Virus record (IMG/VR): IMGVR_UViG_3300032323_001402
Coordinates: 1-62,177 of that record
Source of the DNA: a virus
Taxonomy: Duplodnaviria > Caudoviricetes
Length of the DNA stretch: 62,177 nt
Direction: 5' to 3' (one strand)
Part shown: positions 38,294-48,898 of the stretch, in pieces
Numbering within the stretch: the stretch's first letter is position 1
Layout: the number at the start of each line of letters is the position of its first letter
Translations under genes and position numbers: made by a program
Notes under the pieces: model-generated
What the model saw: only the letters and a program-made list of their open reading frames with translations
Databases searched by the model: none
What the model was told of the DNA's origin: nothing

Positions 38294-39017
38294 CGAAGGG
38301 CTACGTCCTTTAGATCTTAAAGAAATGGTGTACCCGCACTTTGAAGTTGACACGTATCGTTCAAAAATGGGCGAGGATCGTGATGTGTGTGTTATTAGCT
38401 TTCAAGTTAAAGATCGTGCACCAGCTAAGGACCTAATGGAATTTATTGAAAAAGGTTATCACTTCGTGCTAGACAGCGATGTTAGCTCAGGCGAAAATGA
38501 AAAAGGTGAGTATTCGGTATTCGTAGAATTATCACGCAGTCCAAGATTAGCAGATCATATTAAAGAAATTACTTACGGTGTTCGTAAATTAACAGGCATC
38601 GATGATTTTAAATTTTCATATCATAAAGAACAGGCAGTACACGAAGCAACTGAAGAAAATCTAAAAGCGCACATTCCGCCAACAGCAGGTGCGTATGATG
38701 GTATGATGACTAGAATTAAAGTTGAAGGAATCAAACGGTTCTTTGGCAAAACGCTAATGGACGACTTGACATTAGATGGTGACGTTATTACTATCCACAA
38801 GCCATTTGATAAAAAAGTTCAACTACGAATGATCAAAGAAGCCAACACAGACACTATATTAGAAGGTTCTACTGATACGATATCAATGGACGAAGAGTCT
38901 ATGAGTGAAATTTTCTGGCTTACTAAAGTACTAGGCAACTATAATATCAATAAAGTAGGCGAGAACTTTATGTTTGATAATAAAGGTCAAGCAATGTTAT
39001 TACAAAGGATACAATAA
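38274..39017 (+). CDS. hypothetical protein
   Basis: 247 aa ORF in the operon. Confidence 0.7.
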   Translation: MNNQQLNEGLRPLDLKEMVYPHFEVDTYRSKMGEDRDVCVISFQVKDRAPAKDLMEFIEKGYHFVLDSDVSSGENEKGEYSVFVELSRSPRLADHIKEITYGVRKLTGIDDFKFSYHKEQAVHEATEENLKAHIPPTAGAYDGMMTRIKVEGIKRFFGKTLMDDLTLDGDVITIHKPFDKKVQLRMIKEANTDTILEGSTDTISMDEESMSEIFWLTKVLGNYNINKVGENFMFDNKGQAMLLQRIQ

Positions 39018-39640
39018 TGAGTTTCACATTTACTAAAGAACAGTTAGCAGAAATTATTCCGGGCAATCAATATATCGATCATTGGTATAGTGCCTGTTCA
39101 GAAATCCTTCCAGAATATGAAATCAATACTCCACAACGTGTTGCAGCCTTTTTAGCACAGTGCGCACACGAATCAGGAGGATTTAAAGCTCTAAAAGAAA
39201 ATTTAAATTACAAGGCAGAAAGTCTAACAAAAGTATTTCCGAAATACTTTCCTACATTAGATCTAGCAAAACAATATGCGCACAATCAAGAAAAAATCGC
39301 GAACAGAGTCTATGGTAATAGAATGGGCAATGGCCCTGAAGAATCCGGAGATGGATTCCGCTATTGCGGTAGAGGTCTTATCCAACTTACAGGAAAGAAC
39401 AACTACACATTATTTGCCGGAAGTCTTGAGATGCCAGTCGAAGACGTTCCAGAATATCTAGCAACATTTGAAGGCGCTGTACAATCAGCCTGCTGGTTTT
39501 GGGAAAGCAATAACTTAAACCAATGGGCCGACAAAGGCGACATCCTAACGATGACCAAACGAATCAATGGTGGTACTATCGGTTTAGAAGATCGTAAGAA
39601 ACACTACGAACACGCTCTACACGTATTTGGAGCACATTAA
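39017..39640 (+). CDS. GH19 endolysin
   Basis: AAFLAQCAHESGG, ENLNY, GRGLIQLTG..NY and TKRINGG motifs. Confidence 0.9.
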   Translation: MSFTFTKEQLAEIIPGNQYIDHWYSACSEILPEYEINTPQRVAAFLAQCAHESGGFKALKENLNYKAESLTKVFPKYFPTLDLAKQYAHNQEKIANRVYGNRMGNGPEESGDGFRYCGRGLIQLTGKNNYTLFAGSLEMPVEDVPEYLATFEGAVQSACWFWESNNLNQWADKGDILTMTKRINGGTIGLEDRKKHYEHALHVFGAH

Positions 39641-39642
39641 TC

Positions 39643-40125
39643 ATGTGGCAGTTTCAATGGATGATAGGTCTACTTCCAGACAGTTGGTTGTTTTGGATTT
39701 ATCTAACGATCCTGACAGCAGGGGTGATTTTATATCTTGCCAGCAAATTATTAAAGTGGCCTCCATTCCGTTGGATTCCAATGGTTGGTCAATATCCTCT
39801 AGTTGCTGAAATATTAGGTGTTGCGTTATTAGCAGGTGGTATATTCTTATTTGGCGGATTGGCCATTGATATGGCTTGGCGAGATCGCGTTCATCAATTA
39901 GAAGCGAAGATTGCAGTTGCCGAACAAAAATCCAAAGATGCTAATGTAAAACTAGACTCGGAAATTAAAAAGAAAAATAAAGTAATTGTAGAAAATCGTG
40001 TAGTCTACAAAGATCGTATCAAACAAGTTGAAAAAATCATTGACGCAGAGTGTAAAGTTGCTCCAGAAGCAATTGATATTCATAACGCTGCCGCAAAAAA
40101 TGTGAAGTTGGAGCCACTTAAATGA
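39643..40125 (+). CDS. putative i-spanin (Rz-like)
   Basis: N-terminal TM helices plus coiled coil; follows the endolysin. Confidence 0.6.
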   Translation: MWQFQWMIGLLPDSWLFWIYLTILTAGVILYLASKLLKWPPFRWIPMVGQYPLVAEILGVALLAGGIFLFGGLAIDMAWRDRVHQLEAKIAVAEQKSKDANVKLDSEIKKKNKVIVENRVVYKDRIKQVEKIIDAECKVAPEAIDIHNAAAKNVKLEPLK

Positions 40126-40391
40126 AACATTTACTTTTATTGATTCCAGCATTACTGTTAACAGGTTGTTTAGAAACTGTACCTGTAAAACGTAATTTTC
40201 CAGAAATACCTGTAGAATTACAAAAAGCCTGCCCAGAATTACAAGAAGCAACAAAAGATACAAAAGAATTTAGTAAACTGTTAGATGTAGTAGTTGTAAA
40301 CTATACAACCTACTACGAATGTAGAATTAAAATCGATGCTTGGTTACAATGGCATCAAGAACAGAAAAAGATTTTTGATGAAGTAAAGTAA
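40122..40391 (+). CDS. putative o-spanin lipoprotein (Rz1-like)
   Basis: Lipobox LLTGC; Pro/Cys pattern; overlaps the i-spanin stop. Confidence 0.65.
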   Translation: MKHLLLLIPALLLTGCLETVPVKRNFPEIPVELQKACPELQEATKDTKEFSKLLDVVVVNYTTYYECRIKIDAWLQWHQEQKKIFDEVK

Positions 40392-40411
40392 ATACCTTAT
40401 AGGAGCGAGTA

Positions 40412-40900
40412 ATGACCGAACAAGTTAAAGAATTAAGTGCAAGCGAACAAAAGAAAGAAGATTGGATGAACAGCAAATGGCGACCGGCAATGGGCTGGTT
40501 GTACATGAGTGTTTGTGCTTTTGACTTTGTTTTATTTCCAATTTTATGGAGTTTAGTACAGGCACTACACGGCGGCCAGGTTACTAATCAATGGCAGCCA
40601 TTAACATTACAAGGTGCTGGACTATTCCACGTTGCAATGGGTGCAGTTTTAGGATTAGCTGCCTATGGTCGCACACAAGAAAAAGTAGCAGGTGCTAACA
40701 ATGGTGGACTACAAATGCCTAGTGGGCCTGTAGGCACAACATACACGCCTCCGGCGCCAGTAGCAAGTGCACCAGCTGCGACTCCATCATACAGTGCTAG
40801 ACCTGCATATACTCCAAGTTATTCTGCACCTAACACCTCAGTTGGAATGTCGTCTTCTGGCAAACCAATGCCTGCTCCACAAATTGATGAACCATTATAA
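40412..40900 (+). CDS. putative holin (3TM/GTA-type) with Pro-rich tail
   Basis: KWRPAMGW, TM segments and LG...GRTQEK motif. Confidence 0.6.
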   Translation: MTEQVKELSASEQKKEDWMNSKWRPAMGWLYMSVCAFDFVLFPILWSLVQALHGGQVTNQWQPLTLQGAGLFHVAMGAVLGLAAYGRTQEKVAGANNGGLQMPSGPVGTTYTPPAPVASAPAATPSYSARPAYTPSYSAPNTSVGMSSSGKPMPAPQIDEPL

Positions 40901-40910
40901 GGAAAAGATT

Positions 40911-41150
40911 ATGACTAAGTTATTAGCATTATTATTTGCAGCAACGTTTACTTCCAGTATTGCAGCAACAACACCAACAGTGGAAGTAAAAGCAGAAGCA
41001 CCAAAGACCAAACAAGTATGTCTCGATGTTCAAGGTAAAGATGGCAAGCCTGTTATCGATCCTAAAACCAAAAAACCAAAACAAGATTGCAAAACAGTCA
41101 AAGTACATAAAAAACACGAAGGCACAGCAGTTCCCGAAAAGAAAAAATAA
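40911..41150 (+). CDS. small secreted protein
   Basis: Signal peptide MTKLLALLFAA; two Cys; Lys-rich. Confidence 0.6.
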   Translation: MTKLLALLFAATFTSSIAATTPTVEVKAEAPKTKQVCLDVQGKDGKPVIDPKTKKPKQDCKTVKVHKKHEGTAVPEKKK

Positions 41151-41174
41151 AGCTCAGTAAATTTCTAATTAAAT

Positions 41175-41204
41175 AAAAGGACTGCTTGACACAGTCCTTT
41201 TTTT
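41175..41204 (+). terminator. Rho-independent terminator
   Basis: AAAAGGACTG-CTTGACA-CAGTCCTTTTTTT. Confidence 0.85.
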
Positions 41205-41214
41205 ATCATATAAT
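41186..41214 (+). promoter_or_regulatory. sigma70 promoter of the dnaJ operon
   Basis: TTGACA-17-TATAAT; ATG 7 nt downstream, so probably leaderless. Confidence 0.8.
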
Positions 41215-41220
41215 AATACT

Positions 41221-42051
41221 ATGGACTATTACTCTACACTAGGATTAAAACGAGGCGCATCGGACGAGGAAATTAAAAAAGCCTATCGTTCCATGGCCAT
41301 GAAACATCACCCCGATCGCGGCGGTGACGAAAGAAAATTTAAAGAAATTTCACAGGCCTACGAATTTTTAAGCGATCCGCAGAAAAAACAAATAATAGAC
41401 TTAGGTGGGGATCCGGGACAACAGCAGGGATTTAGAAATCAAGGAAGTCCATTTGAATTCCATTTTGGTGCTGGAGATCTTAATGATCTGTTTGGAAACT
41501 TTGGGTTTGGCGGAAGGGGTGCACCTCGAAGAAATAAAACTCTGAGCATCAATGTTGAAATAGGTCTAGAAGAGGTACTCACCGGCAAAACCATAAATGC
41601 CGAAGTTGGGGTCCCTGGGGGTCGTAAAAAAATAATTAATATAGAAATCCCAAGTGGCATAGAACATGGGCAACAGATTAGATATGGTGGCATGGGCGAT
41701 AATTCAATTCCTGATGTCCGTCCGGGGGATCTTATCGTTAATGTTTTAATTTCTCCACATCCATCATTTAGAAGAGAAGGTGATTCGTTAATTTTTGAAA
41801 AATCAATATCAGCATGGGACGCTATACTAGGAACCAGCATTGACATCATTACATTGGATAGAAAAAATCTAAGCATCACTATACCTCCAGGAACACAACC
41901 AGAAACTGTGTTAAGCTGCCGTGGTGAGGGATTACCAAATGTGCGATCTCGACAACGAGGAAATCTATTAGTGAAAGTTAAAGTTAGCATTCCAAAAAAT
42001 CTTTCAATCGAACAGATGCAAAAAATTAAAGTGCTAAAAGATGGAATTTAA
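41221..42051 (+). CDS. dnaJ: class II DnaJ/CbpA-like co-chaperone
   Basis: J-domain with HPD, G/F region and C-terminal domain; no Zn finger. Confidence 0.88.
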   Translation: MDYYSTLGLKRGASDEEIKKAYRSMAMKHHPDRGGDERKFKEISQAYEFLSDPQKKQIIDLGGDPGQQQGFRNQGSPFEFHFGAGDLNDLFGNFGFGGRGAPRRNKTLSINVEIGLEEVLTGKTINAEVGVPGGRKKIINIEIPSGIEHGQQIRYGGMGDNSIPDVRPGDLIVNVLISPHPSFRREGDSLIFEKSISAWDAILGTSIDIITLDRKNLSITIPPGTQPETVLSCRGEGLPNVRSRQRGNLLVKVKVSIPKNLSIEQMQKIKVLKDGI

Positions 42052-42535
42052 ACTAGGACCACATGACAGCCTTATACAGCCCAGCACCAATTGGGAATTT
42101 GGTGTCGATGGCGATGCTGAACAGTTAGAAAAAGACATGGTTGAATTCATGTTGGCTAATAAAGGTATCGGACTTGCTGCGAATCAAATAGGGCTTACCA
42201 AGCGTGTGTTTGTAATGGGCAGCAATACTATTCCTGATTTTCCTGCACCGTTCGCTGTGTTTAATCCAGTGATCAAAGAGGCTAGTACAGAACTAGTATT
42301 AGATCAAGAAGGGTGTTTGAGTTATCCGGACCTGTTTTTGAAAGTCAAGCGTCCTAGCTGGGTCGTTGCTGAATATCAAGACAGCAAAGGCACAGTTAAA
42401 GAAATACGTGTAGATGGTTATCTAAGTAAATGTTTTCAACATGAATTTGATCATCTAAATGGTGTATGTTTTGTTGACAGAGTATCACAAATGAAGTTAA
42501 ACTTAGCTATGAAAAGAATAAGGAAAAACAAATAA
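42041..42535 (+). CDS. def: peptide deformylase
   Basis: GIGLAANQIG, EGCLS and QHEFDHLNG motifs. Confidence 0.93.
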   Translation: MEFKLGPHDSLIQPSTNWEFGVDGDAEQLEKDMVEFMLANKGIGLAANQIGLTKRVFVMGSNTIPDFPAPFAVFNPVIKEASTELVLDQEGCLSYPDLFLKVKRPSWVVAEYQDSKGTVKEIRVDGYLSKCFQHEFDHLNGVCFVDRVSQMKLNLAMKRIRKNK

Positions 42536-42536
42536 T

Positions 42537-44891
42537 ATGATTGAGCCAAGTCAAAGTCTACAGGCTATTTTTGAAAATTGTATCAAAGTAGCTAAAGAAC
42601 ACGAACACGAATATATTACCATAGAACACATTGCCTACGGTATTATGTGTGATAGTGATGCTTACGCATTGATTGAAAGTTTTGGAGCAGATGCTAATTT
42701 TATCAAAACCAATCTTGAACATTATATCAAAAATAATCTCAATGACATTAAAACCTCAGATCCCAAATCTAAACCCAAGAAAACCAACAGCGTAGAGCGT
42801 GTGTTGAATCGTTGTTTCACACAGGTGCTGTTCAGTGGCAGGCAACGTATGGAAGTTGCTGATGTTGTTGTTGCTATGCTATCAGAAAAGAACTCATTTG
42901 CATTTTACTTTTTAAGTAAAGGCGGAATCACTAAAGAAAAATTTGTTAAATTCTTCCAAGATAATGTTGTAATAGAAGAAGAAGAAATATCAGAAGATAC
43001 AGAAAGACGTGTGGTTAACACCGGCAGTGCTGATAGAATTCTAAATCAATATTGTACTAATCTTTCATTAAAAGCAAAACAACGTTTATTAGATCCTGTT
43101 ATTGGTAGAGATGAAGAAATTGAGAAGATTCAATTAGTATTGGCACGTAGAAATAAAGCAAACGTGTTAATGGTCGGCGAGCCGGGTGTAGGTAAAACTG
43201 CTATTGCAGAAGGCATTGCTCGTAAAATCTTTGAAAAGAAGGTACCTAAATTTATACAGGATCACACAGTATACACTTTAGATATTTCTGCACTGCTAGC
43301 AGGCTCAAAATATCGCGGGGACTTTGAAGAACGTATCAAGGCTGTATTGCAGGCTTTAGAACGCAAGGGCAAGATTATCCTATTCATCGACGAAGCACAT
43401 ATGATGAGTGGTGCAGGTTCTGCCAGCCAAGGCGCTAATGATCTAGCAAATATTCTCAAACCTGTGTTAACTAAAGGTGTGATTAAATTGATCGCATCGA
43501 CTACCTGGGAAGAATATCGCAAGCACTTTGAAAAGGATCGTGCGTTGATGCGCAGATTCCAACGTGTTACTATCGACGAACCAAGTGCTGAAATGGCAGT
43601 TAAGATTCTTAAAGGACTTAAAAAGTATTACGAAAAACATCATAATGTTAAAATTAGTGATGCCGCGATCGAACAGGCAGTTAAGTTATCTATGAAATAT
43701 ATGAGTGACAAAAAGTTACCAGATAAGGCTATTGATATTATTGATTGTGCCAGTGCTCGTTACAAGCTCAAAGACGATCCAGCAATGGAAGGTGTAGAAC
43801 AGATCGTAGACGTCGAACAGGTTACTTATGAATTAAGCAAAATGATCAATATGCCATTAGAAACAGTAGCTCAAAAAGAATCTAAGAATCTTGCTGATTT
43901 AGATTCAGGAATGAAAGCTGCGGTATATGGTCAGGACAGTGCTGTAGATACATTGTTAGATAAGATCTTTGTGGCACAGGCTGGCATGAAGTCACCTAAT
44001 AAACCTATCGGTTCATTCCTTTTCCTCGGGCCAACTGGTTGTGGTAAGACTGAAACTGCTAAACAACTATCAGAAAAAATGGGCATGCCATTGGTAAGAT
44101 TTGACATGGGTGAATATCAAGAGAAGCACAGTGTGGCTCGTTTGATCGGTGCTCCTCCGGGGTATGTCGGCTATGAAGATAATGCTGGTCAACTAATTAC
44201 AAAGCTTCAAGAAACTCCTAACAGTATTTTACTGTTGGATGAAATTGAAAAAGCACATCCAGACGTTACAAATATCTTATTGGCATTCATGGACAATGGA
44301 TTTGTCACAGGATCAAACGGCAAACAAGCAGACGGACGTAACTGTATTTTAATTATGACTTCTAACCTAGGTGCACGAGATAGCGAAAACAACACTATCG
44401 GATTCGGCGATCTTGATAAAGAAGGAGAGGACGATAAAGCAGTTAAGAAATTCTTTGCTCCAGAGTTCCGCAATCGTTTAGATGCTGTAATTAAGTTTGG
44501 CAAACTATCTCCTGAGATCGTTATACAAATTGTTAAGAAATTCATCGAAGAACTTAACAGTCAACTCAAAGACAAAGGCATCGAAATCGTTGCAGGTGCT
44601 AATGCTGTTAAATGGTTAGCAGAAAAGGGATACGATAAGAAGATGGGCGCAAGGCCGTTAGCGAGATTGATTGACAATAAAATAAAATCACCGTTAAGTC
44701 GTAGAGTGTTATTTGGTGATTTAGTCGATGGTGGTAGAGTTACTGTAACTATAGACAACGACGACCTATCATTTGCGGTCACTGAAATACCAAAGCCGTT
44801 GACGAAAGCTGAAAGGAAAGCTATTAAGACTGCGAAAGCAGCCGAGTTAGCACAAGTTACTGAGACTTCAGATGAAAACACTGAAAACTAA
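42537..44891 (+). CDS. clpA: ATP-dependent Clp protease ATPase subunit ClpA
   Basis: Clp-N domain; two AAA modules (GEPGVGKT, GPTGCGKT); IGF loop; no ClpB middle coiled coil. Confidence 0.88.
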   Translation: MIEPSQSLQAIFENCIKVAKEHEHEYITIEHIAYGIMCDSDAYALIESFGADANFIKTNLEHYIKNNLNDIKTSDPKSKPKKTNSVERVLNRCFTQVLFSGRQRMEVADVVVAMLSEKNSFAFYFLSKGGITKEKFVKFFQDNVVIEEEEISEDTERRVVNTGSADRILNQYCTNLSLKAKQRLLDPVIGRDEEIEKIQLVLARRNKANVLMVGEPGVGKTAIAEGIARKIFEKKVPKFIQDHTVYTLDISALLAGSKYRGDFEERIKAVLQALERKGKIILFIDEAHMMSGAGSASQGANDLANILKPVLTKGVIKLIASTTWEEYRKHFEKDRALMRRFQRVTIDEPSAEMAVKILKGLKKYYEKHHNVKISDAAIEQAVKLSMKYMSDKKLPDKAIDIIDCASARYKLKDDPAMEGVEQIVDVEQVTYELSKMINMPLETVAQKESKNLADLDSGMKAAVYGQDSAVDTLLDKIFVAQAGMKSPNKPIGSFLFLGPTGCGKTETAKQLSEKMGMPLVRFDMGEYQEKHSVARLIGAPPGYVGYEDNAGQLITKLQETPNSILLLDEIEKAHPDVTNILLAFMDNGFVTGSNGKQADGRNCILIMTSNLGARDSENNTIGFGDLDKEGEDDKAVKKFFAPEFRNRLDAVIKFGKLSPEIVIQIVKKFIEELNSQLKDKGIEIVAGANAVKWLAEKGYDKKMGARPLARLIDNKIKSPLSRRVLFGDLVDGGRVTVTIDNDDLSFAVTEIPKPLTKAERKAIKTAKAAELAQVTETSDENTEN

Positions 44892-45540
44892 TAGAAAGTT
44901 TTACAACAAATGGATCTATAAAGTCTCCCTGAATGTTAAAGGTTCTAGTATTTTTAGAACCCATTCTCTTGATGATATTAAAGAGTTTTGCAGCGGAGAA
45001 ACTACTGATCAAGCACCATACTCTCTACATACTAGAGCATGGAACAATCGTGAACAAATTTTAGAGTTGACTAATTTTTTAATCGAGCAGCACGATGCTG
45101 TTTGGGCTAAACGGATAGAAAACACTCTTATAGATTTTTACACCAACGATCATTCTTTTTATCAAGCACTTTCTGAAAATTTTGAATCTGTGATGACTCA
45201 TAGATTTGAACCATCGGAAGCATCTGCCGAATTATTAGAGAAGCCGCAGACGATTGTAGCAGCAAAGCTACCTCATAACAAATACCATTACAGAGTGTAT
45301 CTGTTACCACATAAGCTAGCAGGGGATAAAGAGTCTAAGAAAAAATATGTAGATTGGTTAAAGAGCCAGACTCCGAGAATTACCTGCACTCCTGCTGTAG
45401 AGAAGTGGTTCATCAAAACTGACTGGAATTGGGATCGTAGATATGTGTTAGTAGAGGACGAACACACGCTATTGATGCTTAAACTGCGTAATTCAGAAGT
45501 AGTGGGTCGTGTTTATAATTACGTTATTAGCGATAAATAA
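44872..45540 (+). CDS. hypothetical protein
   Basis: 222 aa ORF. Confidence 0.7.
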   Translation: MKTLKTNRKFYNKWIYKVSLNVKGSSIFRTHSLDDIKEFCSGETTDQAPYSLHTRAWNNREQILELTNFLIEQHDAVWAKRIENTLIDFYTNDHSFYQALSENFESVMTHRFEPSEASAELLEKPQTIVAAKLPHNKYHYRVYLLPHKLAGDKESKKKYVDWLKSQTPRITCTPAVEKWFIKTDWNWDRRYVLVEDEHTLLMLKLRNSEVVGRVYNYVISDK

Positions 45541-45543
45541 GAG

Positions 45544-45903
45544 ATGTCCACTGAAAGCATAACTCTATTATCCAACGTTTCCCAAGAAGCTGCCCCTGGG
45601 GATTCCAGCTTCGTATATTCCGGCAAACAAAAAGGTGCAGGCTATCACAAATACAATGATGGCGTACATACTGTTGTCTATGATTTTAATCAATTTGTCG
45701 GAACAGTAAAAATACAAGCTACATTAGAACTGTATCCCGGTGACAGCGACTGGTTTGACGTTGCTGGAACAGAAGTTGGTGGCGACAGCACTGTTATTAA
45801 CAGTTCAGCAACTTCATATACGTTCACTGGTAAATTTGTGTGGATCCGTGCTGCTTACAACCTACAAAACGGCACAATTACCGAAATCCGATATAATCAC
45901 TAA
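45544..45903 (+). CDS. hypothetical late (probably structural) protein
   Basis: TAAATA 5 nt upstream; beta-rich. Confidence 0.65.
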   Translation: MSTESITLLSNVSQEAAPGDSSFVYSGKQKGAGYHKYNDGVHTVVYDFNQFVGTVKIQATLELYPGDSDWFDVAGTEVGGDSTVINSSATSYTFTGKFVWIRAAYNLQNGTITEIRYNH

Positions 45904-45927
45904 GTTTTGAAAAGCGATAAATATAGT

Positions 45928-46920
45928 ATGACCTTACGGAACCATACTATGAGAGACATTATATCAAAATTAGACGCTATTGTAAGCGAAACAGCACTTA
46001 ATCCTAAAGATCCCCAGGGCGACTACGATGCCAAATCCAAGGCACTGCAGGATCTACAACTTGACCCGAACGTTGCAGATGATCCACAATTATCCAACGC
46101 AGTCATACAACGTAAAGCAGATTTAGAAAAAGAAGCTGCAAGAATGGGAATTAAAGAAGACCTATTTCAAATCGGTGATGCTTTCGGTATTAGTTTTTCT
46201 GAAGATCACGAAATCGCTACAGAAATTGTAGATATTCTAGAAGATGGTATTGTAATTGAATTAGACGAAACTGCGTTAGATATGCTGACCAATGAAGGTT
46301 TAGTATTTCTAGAAGGTGAAGTAGTCAACGAAGAAAAACAAAAAGGTGTCGATGGCAAAGCCTGCTGGAAAGGCTACAAACGCATGGGCACTAAACAGAA
46401 AGGCGGCAAGACTGTAGATAACTGCGTTAAGATGGAGGATCACGGTCCAGAAAATCCAGATGCTGCTGTAAACTATGGCGAGTATGATCGTGAAGGCGAC
46501 ATGGCCAAAGACGATTTAAGAACTATCAATAGTGCTGCTAAAGAATTATATGCTATCCTCGATGCAGATGAGAACCTACCAGAATGGGTCCAAGCTAAGA
46601 TTACCAAAGCTGTAGATTACATTGATACTGTTAGAGATTACATGAAAGCTAACAAGTATGAAGAAGATGTTCAGACAGACGAAGCCAAATACCAAGGACG
46701 TGAAGTACCACTAGGTAAGAAAATGGCAGGCGATGTAAAGAAATCAAAAGTATATGTGCGCAAACCAAATGGCAATATTGTCAAAGTAAACTTTGGCGAT
46801 AAGAAAATGCGTATTAAAAAATCAAACCCGGCACGTAGAAAATCATTCCGTGCTCGACATAATTGCAAAAATCCAGGACCGCGTTGGAAAGCACGTTACT
46901 GGTCATGTAGGAGCTGGTAA
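45928..46920 (+). CDS. modular putative internal head protein
   Basis: TAAATA 5 nt upstream; modules separated by xxE|A/D/E motifs; ACWKGYK...NCV and RKSFRARHNC...YWSC modules. Confidence 0.6.
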   Translation: MTLRNHTMRDIISKLDAIVSETALNPKDPQGDYDAKSKALQDLQLDPNVADDPQLSNAVIQRKADLEKEAARMGIKEDLFQIGDAFGISFSEDHEIATEIVDILEDGIVIELDETALDMLTNEGLVFLEGEVVNEEKQKGVDGKACWKGYKRMGTKQKGGKTVDNCVKMEDHGPENPDAAVNYGEYDREGDMAKDDLRTINSAAKELYAILDADENLPEWVQAKITKAVDYIDTVRDYMKANKYEEDVQTDEAKYQGREVPLGKKMAGDVKKSKVYVRKPNGNIVKVNFGDKKMRIKKSNPARRKSFRARHNCKNPGPRWKARYWSCRSW

Positions 46921-47258
46921 TGCTATTAAAAGAAATGTTCTCGCCTATAGGCGCACCTAAGCAGGATCAGCAAGACATCGATTGGTTAGGCGATTTAAAA
47001 TTTTTTATCGACAACGATGATGCCATGTTGAACAATTATTTTTTTCCAGCAGTGAAACGCCATAAAGAACATAAAGGAAATCCAAACGCCTATAAAATTT
47101 ACATAAGACCTATTGAAAAATGTCTAGGTCACTATTGTGAAAAATTTGAAGTAGAGGCTCCAGAAGAAAAATTCCCCAAAGAAAAACTCATCGAGCTGGC
47201 TAAACGCTGTGCCGAAGAGCAAGAAAAGTATATCGACAAGGGCGATTATGAAACTTAG
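46920..47258 (+). CDS. hypothetical protein
   Basis: TAATG overlap; MLLKEMF start. Confidence 0.65.
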   Translation: MLLKEMFSPIGAPKQDQQDIDWLGDLKFFIDNDDAMLNNYFFPAVKRHKEHKGNPNAYKIYIRPIEKCLGHYCEKFEVEAPEEKFPKEKLIELAKRCAEEQEKYIDKGDYET

Positions 47259-47841
47259 ACAGCTATTTGAAGCAGAGGTCGGTGGAAAACATCTTGCATT
47301 CTGTTTCGGTAGAATGAATCCTCCTACGATTGGACACAAACAGTTATTGGACACTGTGGCCAGTGTAGGTGGAGATTACAAAATATTTGTTAGTCAAACA
47401 CAAGATAAAAAGAAAAATCCTTTAGATTATCAAACCAAAATTAAATTTATGAAGATGATGTTTTCAGAATATGCTAAAAATATTGTCGACGATTCGAGTT
47501 TGAACACCATAGGAAAAGTTGCTAGTCATGTGTATAATTTAGGTTATAGAGATGTTACATTTGTAGCTGGCAGCGATAGATTGGAAGATATGAAAAACTT
47601 ACTTCAAACCTATAATGGTGTTGAAGGCAAAGCACACGGTTTTTATAAATTTGAAACATTAGATTTTAAGTCAAGTGGCGACAGAGAAGATGGTGCTGAA
47701 GGAGTTGCAGGAGTATCTGCTTCTAATGCTAGGACGGCAGCGGCTAACGACGATCTAACTGCTTTTGAAGAATCTACAGGTGCTGGACAATATGCAGAAG
47801 CATTATTCAAAGCTGTTAAAGCAGGAATGGGAATCCAATGA
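47248..47841 (+). CDS. HIGH-type nucleotidyltransferase (cytidylyltransferase-like)
   Basis: FGRMNPPTIGH, KNPL, VAGSDR and SAS.AR motifs; ATG at 47248. Confidence 0.75.
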   Translation: MKLRQLFEAEVGGKHLAFCFGRMNPPTIGHKQLLDTVASVGGDYKIFVSQTQDKKKNPLDYQTKIKFMKMMFSEYAKNIVDDSSLNTIGKVASHVYNLGYRDVTFVAGSDRLEDMKNLLQTYNGVEGKAHGFYKFETLDFKSSGDREDGAEGVAGVSASNARTAAANDDLTAFEESTGAGQYAEALFKAVKAGMGIQ

Positions 47842-48179
47842 GAGCAACTGAATTTATAAATCAGATAGAAGAAGCCTACGGTCGGCCAGATTTCAAAGTT
47901 GACGGGTGGACATACATATCCGATGTAGAGGAAGAGGAAGACAATCGTAAAATTTTTCATACCGCTATTAGCCCAGAAGGCAAACGTGTAGTCATGGATT
48001 TTAGTCCGTACGATAGAATGGATCCTACAACTTTTAAGTTATGGCTTAAATTAGATAGACCCGGACGTCAACATTCTGGTTCACTAGATAAAGAACAGAT
48101 TGAAAAGATGGCACAGATTAAAGGTATCGCTATGTTAGATCCTGAGCTAGCTAATGCCGGAAAAAACACGTCTGCATAA
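47838..48179 (+). CDS. hypothetical protein
   Basis: ATGA overlap; MRATEFI start. Confidence 0.6.
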   Translation: MRATEFINQIEEAYGRPDFKVDGWTYISDVEEEEDNRKIFHTAISPEGKRVVMDFSPYDRMDPTTFKLWLKLDRPGRQHSGSLDKEQIEKMAQIKGIAMLDPELANAGKNTSA

Positions 48180-48187
48180 CGAATATA

Positions 48188-48403
48188 ATGGACGAATTAG
48201 ATCAAATAAAACGCCTTGCAGGAATTAATGAGTTCAAAGGATATCATACCTATGATGGCAGCAATATTAGTATTACCGGCAATGAAAAACAACAATTAGA
48301 AAAAAAACATAATATTAAACCCGGAACACCGGAATGGTTTCAATTGTGGTTCTCTAAACCGTACCTAACTGGCGAACCACCAATCGGAGATAAGAATGAT
48401 TAA
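48188..48403 (+). CDS. hypothetical protein
   Basis: IKRLAGI and [13 protein letters not shown] motifs. Confidence 0.65.
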   Translation: MDELDQIKRLAGINEFKGYHTYDGSNISITGNEKQQLEKKHNIKPGTPEWFQLWFSKPYLTGEPPIGDKND

Positions 48404-48719
48404 TATTTCAGAAGCAGCTAAAACAAAAATATTAGATCTTCTAGCAGAAGAAAATAATCCTGAGCTAAAGTTACGCACCTTTGTGCAAGGTGGCGGATGT
48501 TCGGGGTTTCAATACGGGTTTACATTTGACGAACAACAAAACGAAGACGACTTTGAAGTACCGCTGGGCGATTACAAAGTTTTAGTTGACGCTATGAGCA
48601 TGGGCTATTTACAAGGTGCAGAAATTGATTATACAGAAAGTATTAATGGTAGTCAATTTAGTATAAAGAATCCTAATGCAACTACTACCTGCGGTTGTGG
48701 GAGCTCGTTTTCAGCATGA
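48396..48719 (+). CDS. erpA: A-type Fe-S insertion protein ErpA
   Basis: [16 protein letters not shown] and [14 protein letters not shown] motifs. Confidence 0.88.
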   Translation: MINISEAAKTKILDLLAEENNPELKLRTFVQGGGCSGFQYGFTFDEQQNEDDFEVPLGDYKVLVDAMSMGYLQGAEIDYTESINGSQFSIKNPNATTTCGCGSSFSA

Positions 48720-48898
48720 TGACCAAACAATATTATTACTCTGAAGCAGAATGGGATCGATTAGGTTGCGGTCCATTGCCTGAGGAGCGAGATATTTCTA
48801 AGATTAATCCTCAAGATATTAATTGGGGTACGTATCTTGTATTCCCGGAAAGACAAGGTGAGGAGGATAGCCCTAACAATCCTTATAGTCAGGCATGA
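48716..48898 (+). CDS. small hypothetical protein
   Basis: ATGA overlaps at both ends. Confidence 0.55.
   Translation: MMTKQYYYSEAEWDRLGCGPLPEERDISKINPQDINWGTYLVFPERQGEEDSPNNPYSQA

Noticed and set aside
42474-42503. Possible sigma70 promoter for clpA (TTGACA-18-TAAACT)
   Set aside because: Weak -10 and non-optimal spacing inside a CDS; could be chance.
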